The notes below the pieces were generated by a model that was not told the origin of the DNA, searched no databases, and saw nothing but the letters and a program-made list of their open reading frames with translations. From positions 2,123,918-2,187,917 of the forward strand of contig MU004188.1 of the NCBI GenBank assembly GCA_010093605.1: a stretch of 64,000 nt of DNA, written 5' to 3'. A program made the position numbers and the translations under genes. The first letter of the stretch is position 1, and each line of letters begins with the position of its first letter. Positions 61,585-64,000 of this stretch are shown piece after piece. This DNA is from Lophium mytilinum (lineage: Eukaryota).

Positions 61585-61930
61585 CCTCTTCAGGGTCTTT
61601 TCACGACTTTTCCTTTTATTTTCTGGTATGTTTCGAGGATGGATTGACCCCACGTTGGCTTTCCACACCTTGTCAGGTTTCTTCTCAAGGCTTTTCCCTT
61701 GTTCTTCTGGGATGGCACGAGGATGGATTCGCCCCACGATGGCTTTCCACACCTTGTTGGGGTTCTTTTCACGGCCTTTGCTATGGTGTTCTGGCTCTAC
61801 TTCGGCGAAGGGTCGAGGTGACGGAGCTTTGCAGACCTACATGGGGTCTTGCACGAATTTCCTTTCTTTCTGGGGATATAGCGAGGATGGATTGACCTGG
61901 CGACGTCTTTCCACACCTTGTTCAGGGGCT
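61585..61930. repeat. Degenerate 84-bp repeat (about three copies)
   Basis: GGATGGATT..C..CTTTCCACACCTTGT at ~61637, 61721 and 61885; the minus strand reads KVWKxxxxxIHPRxIP in each copy. Confidence 0.7.
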
Positions 61931-62995
61931 TCTAATCACTTTTCCTATGTTTGCTGTTTTGTGGGCGTTCCTGTTTCAGTCTTTCACCTCCTTCATGTGC
62001 TTGCGGTCTTTTGCCTCCTAAGGAGGTAAAATCCTTCATGCATTTGCGGTCTTTTGCCGCCATGATCAGCTTGCTGTCTTTCGTCTCTTTTATGCGCTTG
62101 CGGACTAGTTTGCGATGTTTCTACTATAGCTTAAAATACTTGGATTACTCACTACGCTTCTGATCTTGTATGTGACGTGAAGGAGTGACTTTGGGGCAGG
62201 ACGTGAAGACGTGCTCAGGCTAGTTTGAAGGCGCGTTTGATGTATTTTGGATGAGGGCTTCGAATCGGACTCCGTGAAGTAGGGTTTGGTCAGATGGATG
62301 CCGCTGTCAGAGGTGCCCCAGCGAGAGCTAGGCGTTTGGGGTGCAAGTCGGGTCCTGAGCAGTGTAAATCAGACGCCTCACTTCCACCATACTCGAAAAG
62401 CTGAAAGGCTCCAGGATACATGTACCCAGACTGCTTTTGGTGGTTGAATTCGAAGCACATGAATCAGAAAGCGAGAACTACTCAGTTTCCACGATGCTTG
62501 AAGACCCGACGGTATTCCGAGAGGACGGCGGGAGCTAATTTCTCATCGCAAATCTAGAGGCGCCTATTCCCCTGTTCCACCTTAAGAGTCCATATCACCT
62601 CAAGTACCTTTGAAAGGTGCATCTTATCATATCAAGTTAGGATGGCGATAGAAGAGTGAAGGTGTTGCAATGGTGGACGAGATGACGTCTGAACTCGGCC
62701 CCCACTGTCCCGAGGGCTCCGAGCTTCCTCTCTTAGCCTCGCGCCGCACCCGAGTTCAACACCATGACAAGCTATACCACAACCATCACAACCATGTAGC
62801 CTCGTACCGGCCGATAGCACCCGCTGCAGCATGCTCCGTCTGCAGCCCAGGCACACTAACCCGCAGCGGGGAAACGGGGAGCAGAAAGATGACAGCCAGA
62901 TAGATCGCCATACAAAATGAGCATTGTATATATTCTTGCTGACCGCGTTACTGATCCTCACAGCGTAGGGCCTCAATTGCACCCTATCCACCACG

Positions 62996-64000
62996 ATGAA
63001 GCTCTCCGCCCTTCTCCCGCTCCTCCCCGCCGTCGCTGCGATCCCCTTTCCTCCTCCAACGGGCCCATACGGCGTAGGCATCACTCAGCATGTCTTCAAC
63101 CACACGACGCCCAACGACCCCGTCGCCTTCGCCGTCAATCCCTCCAATGGCACTGGCCACCTCCTCACGACCATATACTATCCAACGCTTCAGCTGCCTA
63201 CTCCGCTAAATACCACCGCGCCCTACCTCGACCCTACGACCGCCGCTGTTTGGGGCGACCCGCTCCTCTTCCCCAAAGGCGCGCTCGAGACCATTACAAC
63301 ATGGACACAATGGCAGGCCCCGACCCTCAAATCCTCCACCGGCCTACCCACTATAATATTCAGCCCCGGCGGCGGCGAGAACGCGATAATGTACAGCTAC
63401 TTGACAACCGCGCTCGCGTCGAACGGCTACACGGTGCTCGCGCTGGACCACCCGGGCGAGGCACCGTACGTGCAGTTCCCGTACGGCGACGGCGGATACT
63501 ACGGGATCGACATCACAGCCACTTGGAACCGCACCCTCATGACTGATGTCTACAAGATGCGCATCTCAGACGCGCAGGCCATAATCCACAAACTCTTCCC
63601 GCCGCTCGTCGAGACCTACAAAGCGCCCTTCAATACAACCCACTTCGTGATGATGGGGCACTCGATTGGCGGGGCGGCCGCAGCCGGTGCAATGGAGCTC
63701 GAGCCCTCCATCATCGGCGGCGTCAACCTCGACGGCGGCTTCTTCCCCGAGGCCTCGCTGCCGGACGTTAAGCGCCCGTTCTTGCTGATGGCGGGCAGCG
63801 AGCATACGCCCGCCATTGACCCAACGTGGTCGCCGTTTTCGAAGAACCAGAGCGGGTATTGGCAGTGGGTTAATATTACGGGAACGGCGCACCAGGATTA
63901 CAGCGATCTGGCGGACTGGGTGGATTTGCTGGATATGCGCAATAAGACAGCGATACCTGGCAGCTTTGGTACCATATGGGCGCCGCGGATGGACTTTTTG
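62996..64000 (+). CDS. Secreted PAF-acetylhydrolase-like alpha/beta hydrolase (3' end beyond window)
   Basis: Not in the ORF track because no stop falls in the window. MKLSALLPLLPAVAA signal, PPPTGPYGVG, IIFSPGGG, LASNGYTVLALDHPGE, nucleophile elbow GHSIGG, GGVNLDG. Confidence 0.9.
   Translation, partial: MKLSALLPLLPAVAAIPFPPPTGPYGVGITQHVFNHTTPNDPVAFAVNPSNGTGHLLTTIYYPTLQLPTPLNTTAPYLDPTTAAVWGDPLLFPKGALETITTWTQWQAPTLKSSTGLPTIIFSPGGGENAIMYSYLTTALASNGYTVLALDHPGEAPYVQFPYGDGGYYGIDITATWNRTLMTDVYKMRISDAQAIIHKLFPPLVETYKAPFNTTHFVMMGHSIGGAAAAGAMELEPSIIGGVNLDGGFFPEASLPDVKRPFLLMAGSEHTPAIDPTWSPFSKNQSGYWQWVNITGTAHQDYSDLADWVDLLDMRNKTAIPGSFGTIWAPRMDFL

Noticed and set aside
62917..63546. 209-aa Arg/Pro/His-rich ORF
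   Set aside because: Off-frame shadow of the PAF-acetylhydrolase-like gene starting at 62996.
1..64000. Transposon, Starship or integrated virus as the carrier of the arrays
   Set aside because: No transposase, reverse transcriptase, tyrosine recombinase, capsid gene, LTR or TIR recognised in the window; a larger element with ends outside the window cannot be excluded.
1..64000. tRNA or rRNA genes
   Set aside because: None recognised by eye; a covariance-model scan was not run.

Overview
Intron-containing fungal DNA (filamentous ascomycete-like: short GT-AG introns with CTRAC/CTAAY branch sites). The window is dominated by three co-located tandem arrays of diverged paralogs, each containing intact, fused, truncated or pseudogenised copies. 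(A) About 0.3-11.4 kb, minus strand: ten units of an unrecognised N-terminal domain (FRAxxLQxxA..G.P(V/I).D.(V/I).P) followed by a phase-1 intron, a W(K/H)PxxYxP linker and a C-terminal MYND zinc finger. A 3'-truncated M20 amidohydrolase pseudogene abuts one unit. (B) About 27.5-39.6 kb plus 54.2-56.4 kb, plus strand: nine copies of an unrecognised ~110-aa helical domain (E(T/S)LxEL..RL ... EMxxFVxxFG). (C) About 44.6-53.6 kb, plus strand: seven SAM-domain genes (nine SAM domains) with two classes of unrecognised C-terminal domain. Between the arrays lie a Myb/HTH-like orphan, an F-box-like protein, a head-to-head pair of an atypical Hsp70-like gene and a coiled-coil protein with a possible GrpE-like head, a Zn2Cys6 transcription factor, a secreted VOC/glyoxalase protein, an ABM-like protein, an 812-aa repeat/coiled-coil protein and a secreted PAF-acetylhydrolase-like hydrolase that runs off the window end. 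All family assignments are by-eye motif recognition; no database searches were run and exon boundaries are manual predictions.
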